A DNA stretch of 64,000 nucleotides from Squalus acanthias (lineage: Eukaryota): the NCBI GenBank assembly GCA_030390025.1, contig CM059432.1, positions 16,742,001 to 16,806,000 of the forward strand. The letters are read 5' to 3'. How positions within the stretch are numbered: position 1 is the first letter of the stretch; each line of letters begins with the position of its first letter. Positions 48,855 through 61,517 of the stretch are shown piece after piece. The notes beneath the pieces are model-generated. The model was not told where the DNA came from. It was given only the letters and a program-made list of their open reading frames with translations, and ran no database searches. The translations under genes were made by a program, and so were the position numbers.

Positions 48855-51810
48855 CTATAGAATCTTACAGCACTGGAGGCCGCCATTCGGCTCATTGTGC
48901 CTGTGCCGGATCTTTGACAGAGCAATCCAATTAGTCCCATTCCCCTGCTCTTTCCTCACAATCCCTGCAATATTCTCCCCTTCAACTATTTATTCAATTC
49001 CCTTTTCAAAGTTACTATTGAATCTGCTTCCACTACTCTTTCAGGAAGTGCATTCCAAATCATAATAGCTTGCTGCGTAAATTTTTTCTCGTAGAATCAT
49101 CGAAAAGAACAGCACAGAAGGCGGCCATTAGGTCCATCGAGTCTGCACCAGCTCTTTCAAAGAGCAATCCAGTTAGTCCCACTCCCCTGCTCTTTCCCCA
49201 TATCCCTGTAATTTTTCCTAGTTCAAGTATTTATCCAATTCCCTTTTGAAGGTTACAATTGAATCTGTTTCCACCACCGTATCAGGCAGTGCATTCCAAA
49301 TCCTAACCATTCGTTGCGTAATAAAGTTTTTCCTCATGTCGCCTTGGTTCTTTTCCAATCACCGTAAGTCGGTGCCCTCTGGTTATTGACCCATCAGCTA
49401 TTGGAAATAGTTTCTCTATCTAAATCCTTCATGATTTTAAACACCTCTATCAAATCTCCTCTTAGCCTTCTCTGCACTAAGGAGAACAACCCCAGCTTCT
49501 CCAGTCTATCCACATAACTGTAATCCCTCATCCCTGGAACCATTCTAGTAAACCTCTTCTGTACTCTCTCTAAAGCCTTCACGTCCTTTCTAAAGTGTGG
49601 TGCCCAGAATTAGACACAATACTCCAACTGGGGCCAAACTCTTGTTTTATGTAGGTTTAGCATAACTTCCTGGCTTTTGTACTCTATGCCTTTATTTATA
49701 AACACCTCCAATAAGCTTTATTAACCTGTCCTGCCACCTTCAAAGATTTGTGCACAAACACCCCCAGGTCTCTCTGTTCCTGCACCTATTTAAAATTGCA
49801 CCATTTAGTTTTCATTGCCTCTCCTCATTCTTCCCACCAAAATAAATCACTTCACACTTGTGTTAAATTTCAGCTGCCATGTGTCTGCCCATTTCACCAG
49901 TCTATGTCGTCCTCACTGTTTACTACATTTCCAAGTTTCATGTCATCTGCAAACTTTGAAATTATGCCCTGTATACCCAAGTCCAGGTTCATAATATACA
50001 TAGCAAGAGCAGCCGTGGGGAACACCAGTGTATACTTTTCTCAGTTTGAAAAACTGTAAAGGAATAGCCATATTTCAGAAAAATACACCATCCTATGAAC
50101 AGAATTCTGACATTATTAAAATATGACAAACTGGGTTTAAAGATCTAAAAGCCTCAACGACACAAAGCTGTAAATACAGGCTTCTGAGATAAGATGAGTC
50201 ACAAAGCTGTAAACACCATACAAGCTTTTGAAATGGGAATTGGTTGTTAACATTGAGACAATGGCCCGATTGAAGAAGCAAAGAGTTGGTTCCAAGAAGT
50301 CTGCAGTTTGGAACCAACACAATAGCTATACCCAGTTTAAAGTGTTAAAAACTAACACTTCGAACAGAAACACAGAACATTAAAAAAAAACATGTGTCTT
50401 TGTAAAAAGTAACATCAAATGAAAGACAGGAAACATAAGTTTGTAATATAACCAACTAAGATGGCTGGGGAAACAATCAAGTACTCAGTTGAAGTGTTTT
50501 TGATTTACATATTGTAAAAGGTACAAACAGAAGACTTTGTAAATATTACATCAATAGATGCACCAAGCAATCACATTGTTTATGTGTTGAACTTGGAAAA
50601 CACGGAGACACGAAGTCTGGCTTACAAGCAGCTAAACTGATTTAAGAATTCAATAGAAGACCTCGTAAGAATGACATCAAATAGATAAATCTGTTATAAC
50701 CATATTTTATGATAAGTTTCGAACACCTAAAGGTAGAGACAGAATTCTGCAAGTTAGCAGCTGAATTGACAGTAAGAATAGAAAGAAGTCAACAGAAAGA
50801 TGACTGGAGATGATTAGCTTACATCAGCAGAAAACTTCAAAGAATATGCCACTGCAAAAAAGGTATAAAATATAGAGCTTTCAGATAGGAAGGCAGAAGT
50901 CGCTGGAACAGGCAGGCGATTCTCAGCTTCAGAGGCAGGCTCTGTAAGTTTTTAAACTCGGAGTCTCGGGGATCAAAAGGTACTTTTATTTGATTTTGGT
51001 GGATATTCTGGATTAAGAATAAGTAGAAATGTAAAAATGTAACGAAGTTAAGATTTGAGAATAAGGATCTCTGAGAATAGAATTGTAAGCTATTTGTATT
51101 TTGAACTGTTAAAGTTGCGATTGACTCACCAACTGTTAACTACATGTCGGTTCTTTAATAAATCTATATATTTTTAGGATTGTCTCAGAGTATTTCTGCA
51201 TCAAACTCGCGAACTCAATCTCTGTACACTCTTTTGTGAGGAGTTGCAGAATTCTAGGGGGGTTTTTACAGACCCTCATAATATCCGGAAGGTTACAGTC
51301 TAGTTAAACTTATTAAAAGTGCTATCTGGAGGACGGTAACATCTTCAAGTCGTTCCTTTCCTTTAGGGAGAGATAGTCTGAACCTTCAGACCCAATTAAG
51401 CGTCTCTAGGATTCGGCTATCTCTAACTTTAGTTGAAGGTGAACGTCTGGGGAATACGCCTGATCCGGGGTGGCCCGAAAAGGGCTAGGACTAGTAATTA
51501 TCTCTTCAAAACAACCATTCACCACTACTGTTTACTTTCTGTCCTCAACCAATTTCGTAGCCACGCTGCCACTGCCCCTTTAATCCCATGGGCTTCAATT
51601 TTGCTAACAAATCTATTATGTGGTACTTTAATCAAACGCCTTTTGAAAGTCCATATATACAACATCAACCTCATGAGCCTCTCCGATACTTAAAAGAAAT
51701 AAATCAAGTTAGTCAAGCGCAATTTGCCTTTAACAAATCCGCGCTGGCTGTCATTGATTAACCCACATTTTTCCAAGTGTCAATTAATTTTGTCCTGGAT
51801 TATTATGGAT
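48855..51810 (-). mobile_element. CR1 3' part (two adjacent tails at about 48855 and 49092) split by solo LTR A
   Basis: ALERVQKRFTRMVPG motif; CR1 resumes at 51509. Confidence 0.87.
50055..51508 (+). mobile_element. Solo LTR, family A, complete (1454 bp)
   Basis: TG...CA termini (TGTAAAGG, TCTCTTCA); 4-bp TSD aaac (50051-50054, 51509-51512); TATAAAA 50864; AATAAA 51157; second copy at 16667-19231. Confidence 0.88.
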
Positions 51811-51899
51811 TATTTCCAAAGCAGCATTAAAAACTCTGGAAGCACTTTAAAAGACAGACTGCAGTACGGTTCAGTTTCTCATATAATCCCCAAGATTAT

Positions 51900-52611
51900 G
51901 GCCTGGATTTTGCGGGGCCGATGACAGCGTACGCCGTCGTAATACTTGTAAAAGGCCCCGACAGATCCTCCGAATCCAAAGTAAAATCACTTTCACTGGC
52001 AGAGAGTTGCTGCCCAGCAAGTGCCCACGAAACCTTTATGCCTGGTAAAAGCAGGCATAAGGCTCTGACCCAAAAAAAATTACAAACCAACCTGCTGGCT
52101 CCTGGGCTTCAAAGGCCTGCTTTCACCAGCGTAAGGGTTAATATAAATGTTAAATTAAAAAAATTTAAAAATCATCCACAACCATTTAAAATTAGTTTAC
52201 GTAAAGTTTGTCCCCAATTAAAATATTTAAAACTATTTTTCAAAAAATTTTATTTTTATTGTAAATGCTTCATTAAAGGGACTTTTAATTAAATATGAAA
52301 ATGAGAACATTTATTTTTATTAGAGTTGTGTAAATTTTTTAAATTATTTGGGGATTCCATTGCTTGTCATTAAGGGATTCCGTTCAGAAATGACAGCAAT
52401 GGAATCCTCCTTTCTGATAGGAGGACCTGGCCCACGTGATCCCAGGGACGTTTCCGAACAGCCTGCGTCCCTGGGACTTTATGCAGGCGTACGTCTGGAG
52501 TCCCAGGACCCGAAGTCTTTGAAGCCCAGGAGCCAGCAGGTTGGTTTGTATTTTCTTTTCCGGGTCAGAGGTTTACTCTGGAGGTATGTATCCGACCGCA
52601 AATTCTGGTCC
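51900..52611. mobile_element. Harbinger-like MITE (712 bp)
   Basis: TIRs ggcctggattttgcgg and ccgcaaattctggtcc; 3-bp TSD tat on both sides. Confidence 0.8.
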
Positions 52612-53283
52612 TATATTTTCTTTGTAATTACTTCCTCTGATCAATCTAGCATATAATGAAAGATATTATTTCTCACCATAAAAATGATTTCTTCCTGTTA
52701 TGAAGTGGAATGATCTCATCCCAGCTCCTCCAAAATCCACCAGATGCCCTGGCCAACATAGCTAACCAGAAGATTTAATTTAGCTAACGTACTATAATTT
52801 CTTTGCTAAATAATGAAATTCATAATGTAATCTCTGGACAAATTATCAAAACTTAATTTGTAGGGGATAAAAGAAAATGAACCCTGTTTCACATTACATA
52901 CACCAACATTGCTTTAACCAGTGGCATTTGCAACAAGGATCTCTAGTTAACTTGTCCATTGATTCTGGCTTTCTTCCTACCCGCCTTTCCTATGGTGAAA
53001 TGTCTCTTCCAGTTTGTTGATACTGAAAATTCACCAATGTGACGAATAATATTAGCAAAGCTACTTGTCCTGTCATTTCACGGTACAGCGTAGTGGCACT
53101 CCACACATTGCACCATATTCAACTAGTCTGATGAAAAACAGTTTTCCAATGTCAGTGTTGCATAGAATTACATATTACACAGGATTTAAAGCACAGAAAC
53201 AGGCCCATCAGCTCAAGTGGTCTTTTCATACAAGCCTGATTCCACTCTGATTACCTCTTCCGACCCAGTCTCCATATCCTTCT

Positions 53284-56200
53284 GGGTGAGATGGAGCATT
53301 GCAGCCAGGAAGATCGAGAAGAGCGTTGGTGCGATGACACAGCCTTGCTTGACCCTGGTCCGTTAGTGAATTGGGTCTGTGGTGGATCCGTTGGTTAGGA
53401 TCACGGCTTGCATGTCGTCGTGAAGCAGGCGGAGGATGGTGACAAACTTTTGAGGGCAGCTGAATTTGAGGAGGACACTCCATAATCTCTCATGGTCGAC
53501 AGTGTCGAAGGCCTTTGTGAGGTCAAAGGAGGCCATGTACAGCGGTTGGTGCTGTTCCTTGCATTTCTCTTGGAGTTGACGCGCGGTGAAGATCATGTCC
53601 ATTGTGCCCCTTAGTGGGCGGAATCCGCATTGCGACTCTGGGAGGAGCTCTTCAGCCACTGGGAGAAGTCGATTGAGGAGGATTCTTGCAATGACTTTCC
53701 CTGTGGCAGACAGCAGGGAAACTCCTCTGTAATTACCGCAATCGGACTTGTCACCTTTCTTGAAGATGGTCACGATTACGGTGTCTCTGAGATCCCCTGG
53801 CATACTCTCCTCCTTCCAAATAAGAGAAATGAGTTTATGTATTCGCGCCAATAGTGCTTCTCCGCCATGTTTTAGCGCCTCGGCGGGGATTCCATCTGCT
53901 CCTGAGGCCTTGTTGTTCTTCAGTTGTCGGCTGGCCTTTTCAACCTCATGCCGGGTTGGGGTTGTGCTGAGGTGGCGGGTAGCATGCTGCGGGATGGAGT
54001 TGAGGACACTCGCGTCGAAGACAGAGTCTCCGATAAGGAGATCTTCGAAGTGCTCCTTCCAGTGGGCACTGACTGCCTCTCTGTCCTTGATGAGTACCTC
54101 TCCGTTCTTGGCCCGCAGTAGGGTAGGACCATGGGTGCTTGGGCCGTAGGTGGTCTTGACTGCGCTAAAGAATCCACGCACATCGTGGTTGTCGGCTAGC
54201 TGCTGGATCTCCTGCATTTTCTCCACCCACCATCTGTCCTTTAGGTTGCGAGTTTTTTGTTGGACCTCGGCCTTCAGGCGTCTGTAGAGCTGCTTTCTTG
54301 CCATCGAGTTCTGTTACTGTTTCCAGATCAGGAATGCCTTGCGCTTGCGGCTTATTAGCTCCTGGATCTCCTGGTCGTTCTCGTCGAACCAGTCTTGGTG
54401 TTTCCTGGTCGAGTGACCGAGCATCTCTTCACAGGTGCTGATTGTGGAGGCCATGAGTGCAGACCAGGCGCTGTGGACACTCTGTGTCTCTGCATCACTG
54501 GGAGTCGTCAGGTTGGTTGTGAGGCGCAGGCTGAATAGGGCTTTCTTAGCAGGGTCTTTGAGTGCTCCAGTGTTGATTTTCCTGCAGCATTGCTTCTGTT
54601 GTCGCCGCTGTTTTGGGGCTACGTTGATGGAGATGATAGAGCGGATTAGGCGGTGGTCTGTCCAGCAGTTGTCAGCTCCTGTCATGGCGAGGGTGATGCG
54701 GAAGTCCTTGCGGTCCCTCGCTCGGACGATGACGTAGTCCAGCAGATGCCAGTGCGTGGAGCGAGGGTATTGCCATGAAGTCTTGTACTTGTCTCTCTGA
54801 CGGAACAAGGTGTTGGTTATGACAAGGCCATGTTCTAAGCATTTCGTCAGGAGGAGGGTACCGTTGGAGTTGGCTTTCCCTACCCACTCTCTGCCAATCA
54901 TACCTCCCCAGAGGTCTGTGTCCTTTCCAACCCCAAGGAGGATCAGCTTGTCGCCCGTTGGGACTCTGGATAGGGATTGTTCGAGGCTGGTCTCCAATCG
55001 TCTTGGATCCCCTTGCCATTGGAGTAAGACCGTGCTCTGTCAAGCCCGTGTGGTAGCTGGTGTGCAACGGCCACCCCACGTTAAAAGAATTCACGCACAG
55101 GCATCTTCCACCCTTTAAAATGAAGTTCAGGACCTGGATGGTCAGGACCTCATGGACAACCCCAACAGCGACAGACTGGAACGCCATACTGCTATCGTTG
55201 CCCGGGAGCTCAGATGTTTCAACATAGAGACATCGTCGCCCTAAGCAAGACCCGGCGGGCAGGGGAAGGCCAGCTCAAGGAGCAAGGCGGTGGTTACACC
55301 TTCTTCTGGAAAGGCAAACCTGAGGAAGAACGCCGCCTCCATGGGGTAGGCTTTGCCATAAAAAATGAGCGAGTTGAACGCCTCATGACTCGATGGCTCA
55401 CCCACCCTCAGTGAGCTCCCCGCTGGAGTGGAGCTAATCTACAGAACAAACGGGAAACAGTTCAACTTCAGTCACCTCCAGGCCAGATCCAAGGTCGTCC
55501 CATCCTCTGTCATCGAATTACAGTATGCAGACGACGTTTGCGTCTGTGCACACTCGGAGGTCGAACTCCAAACTATAGTCAACACCTTCGCTGAAGCGTA
55601 CGAGAGCATGGGCCTTACACTAAACATCCGTAAGACAAAGGTTCTCTACCAACCTGCCCCCGCCACACAGTACTGCTCCCCGATTATCAAAATCCATGAC
55701 GAGGCCTTGGACAACGTGGGCCACTTTCCATACCTCGGGAGCCTACTGTCAACAAGGGCCGACGTCGATGACAAAGTCCAACACTGCCTTCAGTGTGCCA
55801 GTGCAGCCTTCGATCGCCTGAGGAAGAGACTGTTTGAAGACCAGGACCTCAAACCCAGCAAAAAGCTCATGGTCTACAGAGCAGAAGTGATGCCCGCCCT
55901 CCTGTCTGCCTCAGAGACATGGACCATGTACAGCAGGCACCTCAAAGCAGTGGAGAGCTACCACCAACGCTGCCTCCGCAAGATCCTGCAAATCCATTGG
56001 CAGGATAGGCGCACCAACGCCAGCGTTCTTGCTCAGGCCAACATCCCCAGCATCGAAGCTTTGACCACGCTCGATCAGCTCCGATGGACGGGCCACATCG
56101 TCCGCATGCCCGATTCGAGACTCCCAAAATAAGCGCTCTATTCAGAGCTCCGACACGGCAAGAGAGCCCCAGGTGGGCAGAGGTAACGCTTCAAGGACAC

Positions 56201-56536
56201 CCTCAAAGCCTCCTTGAAAAAGTGCAACATCCCCACCGACACCCTGGGAACCCCTGGCTGAAGACCGCACAAAGTGGAGGAGAAGCATCCGGGAAGGCGC
56301 CGAACACCTTGAGTCTCTTCGCCGGGAGCAAGCGGAAGCCAAGCGCAAACAGCGGAAGGAGCACACGTCAACCCAAGCACCCCACCCACCCGCCCTTCAA
56401 CCACCCGCCCCTTCAACCACCGTCTGCCCCACCTATGACAGAGACTGTAGGTCCCGCATTGGACTCATCAGTCACCTGAGAACTCATTTTAGTGTGGAAG
56501 CAAGTCATCCTCGGTTCCGAGGGACTGCCTAAGAAG
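53284..56536. mobile_element. Near full-length RTE LINE in permuted order, inserted in a CR1 3'UTR remnant
   Basis: Minus-strand EN-to-RT middle (53284-54990), plus-strand 5' end (about 54990-55403), plus-strand RT-to-tail (about 55404-56536, QYADD); TSD atatccttct at 53274-53283 and 56537-56546. Confidence 0.93.
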
Positions 56537-58744
56537 ATATCCTTCTATTCCATTCTCCCTCATGTGTGCATCAAGCCACCCCTTAAATGAGTTAATGCTG
56601 TCAGCTTCAATCACTCCATGTGGCAGCAAGTTCCACAGGATCACCACTCTTGTTTAACAAAGTTCCTCCTAAATTCTTTTATTTGATCGGTTAGTGGCAC
56701 CAACTGATTTCAATCCCAGCAATACTTGACTTCACTGAATTCTACGAGAACAGCATATCCTGTATTTACCATAGTGAAGTACTTAATTAAATCAACTGAA
56801 ACATTAGAAATCTGGAATGCAAATAATTTAGCAGAAAACGATGTACAACTGGCATGGGTTACAGCAGTAACATACCAATCAAGGTGTTACGAAGATTTCA
56901 AAAATCTTAAGAATGATGCTCAAGCAGTTTAGAACAGTTCAAACGCAAAGATCACATGATAGCTTGGAAAATACTTCTTTATATCAGTTCCAATTTTGTT
57001 TACATGGTGCTGGGGGTGCAGATGGGATTCTTTTGTGCCAGCCATGCCCATCACGCATTGACGCCTATCCTTGATGCATGAGAGGATTAGTTAGGATGTC
57101 ATTTGCATGGGATCACCATGAAATAGTGTCAAAATGTTTTGTCCGCTATACATCAATTCACATTAGACTCAGAAAAGAGAGGGGCAGACAAAAAGCAGTT
57201 ACTGCTGAACAATATTGTACGTGGATGAAACAGCCGAGTGTTTTGTGTTCTTCAGTGCAGATTATTGAACATTACTACCGCATTTGAGATTTTAACAGAT
57301 TTAAAGAGGTAAAAATGCCGCCTCTAAATTTTCAAATTCTCACAAATAAAAAAAAAGATTCTTAGCAAAGGCGAGGTAGTACATGATATAGACCCTTCAA
57401 TGTGCTGAACACAGAGTAATGTAATGAATATGGTTCCCTGATTGCCAAGATGTAAGATTCAATCTAAACTATGCCATCAGCCAAAGAAACCAAGGAAAAC
57501 CAAGTATCTTTCTACATAACAGGGGAAAAGTCATGCCATAAACCTCTCAGCAGCTGGTTCAATTGGAAAAGCCTCACAGGATACCGCCCCCATTGGTTGG
57601 GGTGTGCTGATTGGGGTGCAAGACAAAAATAACTTTCAAAAGAACTGATACAAAATGTAGTCAAAATGATAATTTTACTCCAGTCACAATTTACAGCTGA
57701 ATAAGTATACAGATTCAATTCACACCGTAGAACAGAATCTTGAACCATTTCAAATTGAGCAATGTTTTATAACATATCGTAAAAATCTTTCTAATTACTT
57801 ATAAATTTCCAAACAGGATTCAAGTCCTTTGTAATAATACCTTCTGCCTCGAGATGGTTTGCTTCTTCCTCATTTCTTGTTCGAGTACCCCAGCAAATAC
57901 ATGGTATGTAGGATTCTGATGGGGAAGGTGGATCCTTCTCAGCAAGAATCATAGATAAAACTTCAAATAATCAACTTCACTTTAAAAATAAATCGACAGG
58001 CCACTGAACATTCTTCTTGTCGTGTTACATCCTTACAGTCAAACTATTCATAAACCAGCAAAAGATGAATCATTATAACCTGGCGCTTTTTAAACGTCAC
58101 AGATAGTATACTTCCCAGTTGTTGCACTGTCTGCATGTTTGACCACGACTTCACAGTGCCTGCATTTGCACATCCCAAAGAGACTGCCTCCAGACTATGA
58201 ACACATATTATTGGAGTTTAGTAAGTATTAGATTGCACCATGTGAGTATTTGAAGAGCTGATTGGTTCGAACCCCACTAAAACAAACAGAAGTGCAATAC
58301 ACAGGAACCCTCTGCCAAATACTGTTCAATGAGGTGGGGCACTACAGACAGGAATGTTTAAGTGTTACTTTCCTTAACCCTTTCAGGACTTCAACAGCAG
58401 CACAACAAACTAAAACAAGGCAATTTGTTTTATTTGGTCAGCCCTAAAAACAATACATACTGTCATTTCCTATCAGAAAACCACAGCATTTACATTTTTC
58501 AAAAATGGCACCGAAAAGGCCTGCAGTCAGTTCTAAAAATGAATGGAATGGAATTAATACCACTTAATCACCTACTCGTTCAAATATTTACTGAATTAAT
58601 CCTTAAATGTTTTTGCATTATTTATCTCCACTGTGTCCCCAGGCAGTCTACACCGCATTTACTCTGCTAAGCTTGAAACTACATCCACTGGTTCGAGAGT
58701 TTGTGGCAATGTTAATCGGGGTTCAATTTATCTAAACAAAGAGC

Positions 58745-58860
58745 AAAAAAACAACTGGGTGCTGGAAATCTAACACAAAAGAAAAAAAAATTCTGGAAAC
58801 ACTCAAGCCAGTCAGCATTTGTGGAGAGAACAGACAAGTTAAAGATACAGCTGTAGACAC
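58745..58860 (+). mobile_element. Degraded arm of the 23383-23588 family (another trace near 59540-59600)
   Basis: gctggaaatct...ctggaaacactca...gcatttgtggagaga similarity. Confidence 0.5.
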
Positions 58861-59169
58861 TTTCCTCACCACTTTCTTAACCTCCTTGACAATGCTTTTA
58901 TATTCGTCTCAATCTACCATGCTGCCCATAGATTGATACTTTCGGAACATTTTTTTGCCTTTATTCCCAGCATTAATTCTATTGTTACCCACATTGATCT
59001 TTTCTTCTGTTACCCTTCTTCTCTTATGGTCATGGGCAGTGTTTGCTTTGCGGGGGGCTCCATTCAAAGGTTCAGTTTGGGTCGTACATTTTAGTAGACA
59101 ATAAATCGTACCAATTTATTCTGGTGTCAAATCAGCACACGCACGATTGTGAAAAGGCATGTTTGTAAT

Positions 59170-59345
59170 AGGTAACTATATGCAAAATCAGAGACAGCTG
59201 GTCGGTGTGACTAACATCTGGAGTGCAGTCCATAATCACGGCGAAATATCTTGTACTATGGACTTGTTTGACTTTAGCTTGAAGGATGCAAATTCCAATC
59301 AGCTGAATCAAATCGTTCTCAATTTCCTTGCTCAAGATGGCTTTT
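59170..59345 (-). pseudogene. hAT transposase fragment
   Basis: SKEIENDLIQLIG...YFAVIMDCTPDVSHTDQLSLIL matches the hAT first catalytic Asp region. Confidence 0.8.
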
Positions 59346-60649
59346 GGCTCAGCCTACTCATTAGATTTTTTTTTAAACAGGAAAAGATGTTTACTAGTGG
59401 AGGAGATTTCAAGTAACTGCGCAAGGTTTACAGCGCAACAAGCATATGATGGAGGGCACAGCGTCATTACAGCTTCAGCAAAGACGCAGGATTGTAAAAA
59501 ATACACAAAAAGACTGGTGTGATACATAATGTATGTTTAGAAATAAAACAAAATGCTGGAAGTGCACAGCAGCAGCCAGAAAGAGAAAAGAGTGGGTAAA
59601 AATTTAACCGGACGGTCTTGCACACCAAATTTTAAATTTCAGAAAATGTGTTACAATTACTGAAAGCAAAACACATGAATGAAACCGACTCACCCTCTGT
59701 TTTTATATGTTATGTATCGATTGATTTGAACTATTACAAAATTGGAATTGCCTGCATTACCTTAACCAAAGACACAGAGCTGGGAAACAGCAAGTGTGAG
59801 AGGTTGTACAGACATCAACTGATTCTGGAACCCACTAAATCTGCGATTCTGGCACGCACCAACATTCTTGTATTCTCTCTTACTTTAATCATACCTACAG
59901 GCCCAAATGCCCTCTTGCTCAATTTTAGTGTGTTTGTTTTCTAACCTCTTCATTTATCCATGGCATTCCGAAACTTGATTTTTTTTTTATAAACAGAATA
60001 TCCTTTTTCTGCAACTGTGCAATCTCCTTAAAAATACCCAATTGTTGATCTACATTCCTGTGTGCAATTTCGCTCTCCACATCACCTCAGCTAGTTCCAC
60101 ATGTTTCTAAAATCTACCCAAATCCAACCTCAATGTAGTTGTAACTTTGAAAAGGGGATTTAGTGCTCAAAAATATCAGAAGTGAGGCACATGGGACTGT
60201 GATTCCAATGGGCAGTGGGATATTGATTCCAGTACTAATTCTCAATTTCAGCCCCGACATTGTAAACATACCTATCCACAGAGAAGGGCAAAAACACACA
60301 CAGAAAAAGTTTTAACCTGGGGACCTCAAAAAGTATTAAAATGAACAATGACGTATTCTACAAATATTTCAGTAAAAAGAGAATTGTTAAATGTGAGGTC
60401 GGACCCCTGAGAAGAGGGGATAGCAAGTTAGTAGAAAATAAGCAGAACTTGGCAGGGAAACTTAACAATTAAATTGCTGCAGTTACAGGAACACCAGCAG
60501 AGGCAAAGTCTTAAAAGCATATGATATGCTTTTCTGGTGTCAGCATTGTGTGGTCCAAGGAGATCAGGGGCTATAAATGGGAGAAAAACCCTGAAAACAT
60601 CTCCCCCCTTCAAAATAAAGTGTGCAGGAAATAATCATACAACACAATA

Positions 60650-60830
60650 CCTTGGCTCGGTGGTAGCGGTTTCGCCTCTGCATAAGAAGGTTGTGGATTC
60701 AAGTCCCACTCCAGCGACTTGAGCGCATAACCTCGGTTGACACTTCAAGTGTAGTACTTAGGGCGCGCTGCACTGTCAGAGGTGCCATCTTTCAAATGAG
60801 ATGTTAAACCGAGGCCCCATCTACGCTCTC
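60650..60830 (+). mobile_element. tRNA-derived SINE head
   Basis: tggctcggtggtag A box and gattcaagtccc B box; aligns with 42162-42340. Confidence 0.75.
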
Positions 60831-60831
60831 A

Positions 60832-61470
60832 TTCCATCCCTCGCTCCAGCTGCTCACTCAGGTTGAACCGGACCATAAGCAACTATTATGTCCTGCTCAA
60901 ACCGGAACTGAATTTGCAACCACCAGCTGGCCCATTACCAATATGGCGCATTTGCATCTCCACAACACCACCAACATGTCTATCTTACTCCCATTGTGCT
61001 GAAACCTTTGCCTACACCTCTGTAACCTTCAGAGTTTATTGCTTCAAGCTCATTTTCAGATTTCCAAGTTCCCTCTTACACAAACCTCAACTCATCTTAA
61101 TCCTGTACTACATTCCACTCTCCTATCACCCCGATTTTAATCAACTCCACTGGCTCCCCATTATCCAGCACCATAATTTAAAAACTGTCACATTCATTTA
61201 CAAATCTCTACATGGCCTCACTCCACCCCACTTTTGGAACCTCCTGTGCTCCATTCTACCAAGTCTGAACTGTGCATTTCCCCTCCCTCTGATCCATCAT
61301 CAGTAATAAAGCCTTCAGTAACCACCACCCTGCATTCTGGAAATGACACCTTCAATCTGTTCCTCTAACCTTCTCCCAATTGATGCTTATCGTCTGATTT
61401 CCTTCCCCTCTTCAGACAAAACTTGGACATTTTCCTATGTTAAAGATGTTATCCAAGTTTAAGTTATCAT
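60832..61470 (+). mobile_element. Old degraded L2 3' part
   Basis: QLHWLPIIQ...FIYKSLHGLTP motif. Confidence 0.7.
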
Positions 61471-61517
61471 AACCATCATAATTATAGAGGCCTTTTAAGA
61501 GGCATGCCTACCTGTTA

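Noticed and set aside
51460..51490. ctgat...gaaa as a hammerhead core in LTR A
   Set aside because: Lacks CUGANGA, and the GAAA is not conserved in copy 1.
51470..51495. Hairpin followed by CTAG-T resembling a Helitron 3' end
   Set aside because: Homology between copies continues to ...TTCA, and TG...CA ends with a 4-bp TSD fit an LTR better.
53363..56132. Long ORFs as host genes (also 12143-13063, 34828-35655, 62264-63274)
   Set aside because: All are LINE EN/RT fragments with truncations or frameshifts.
60513..60533. Palindrome aaaagcatat-g-atatgctttt
   Set aside because: Short and AT-rich; could arise by chance or slippage.
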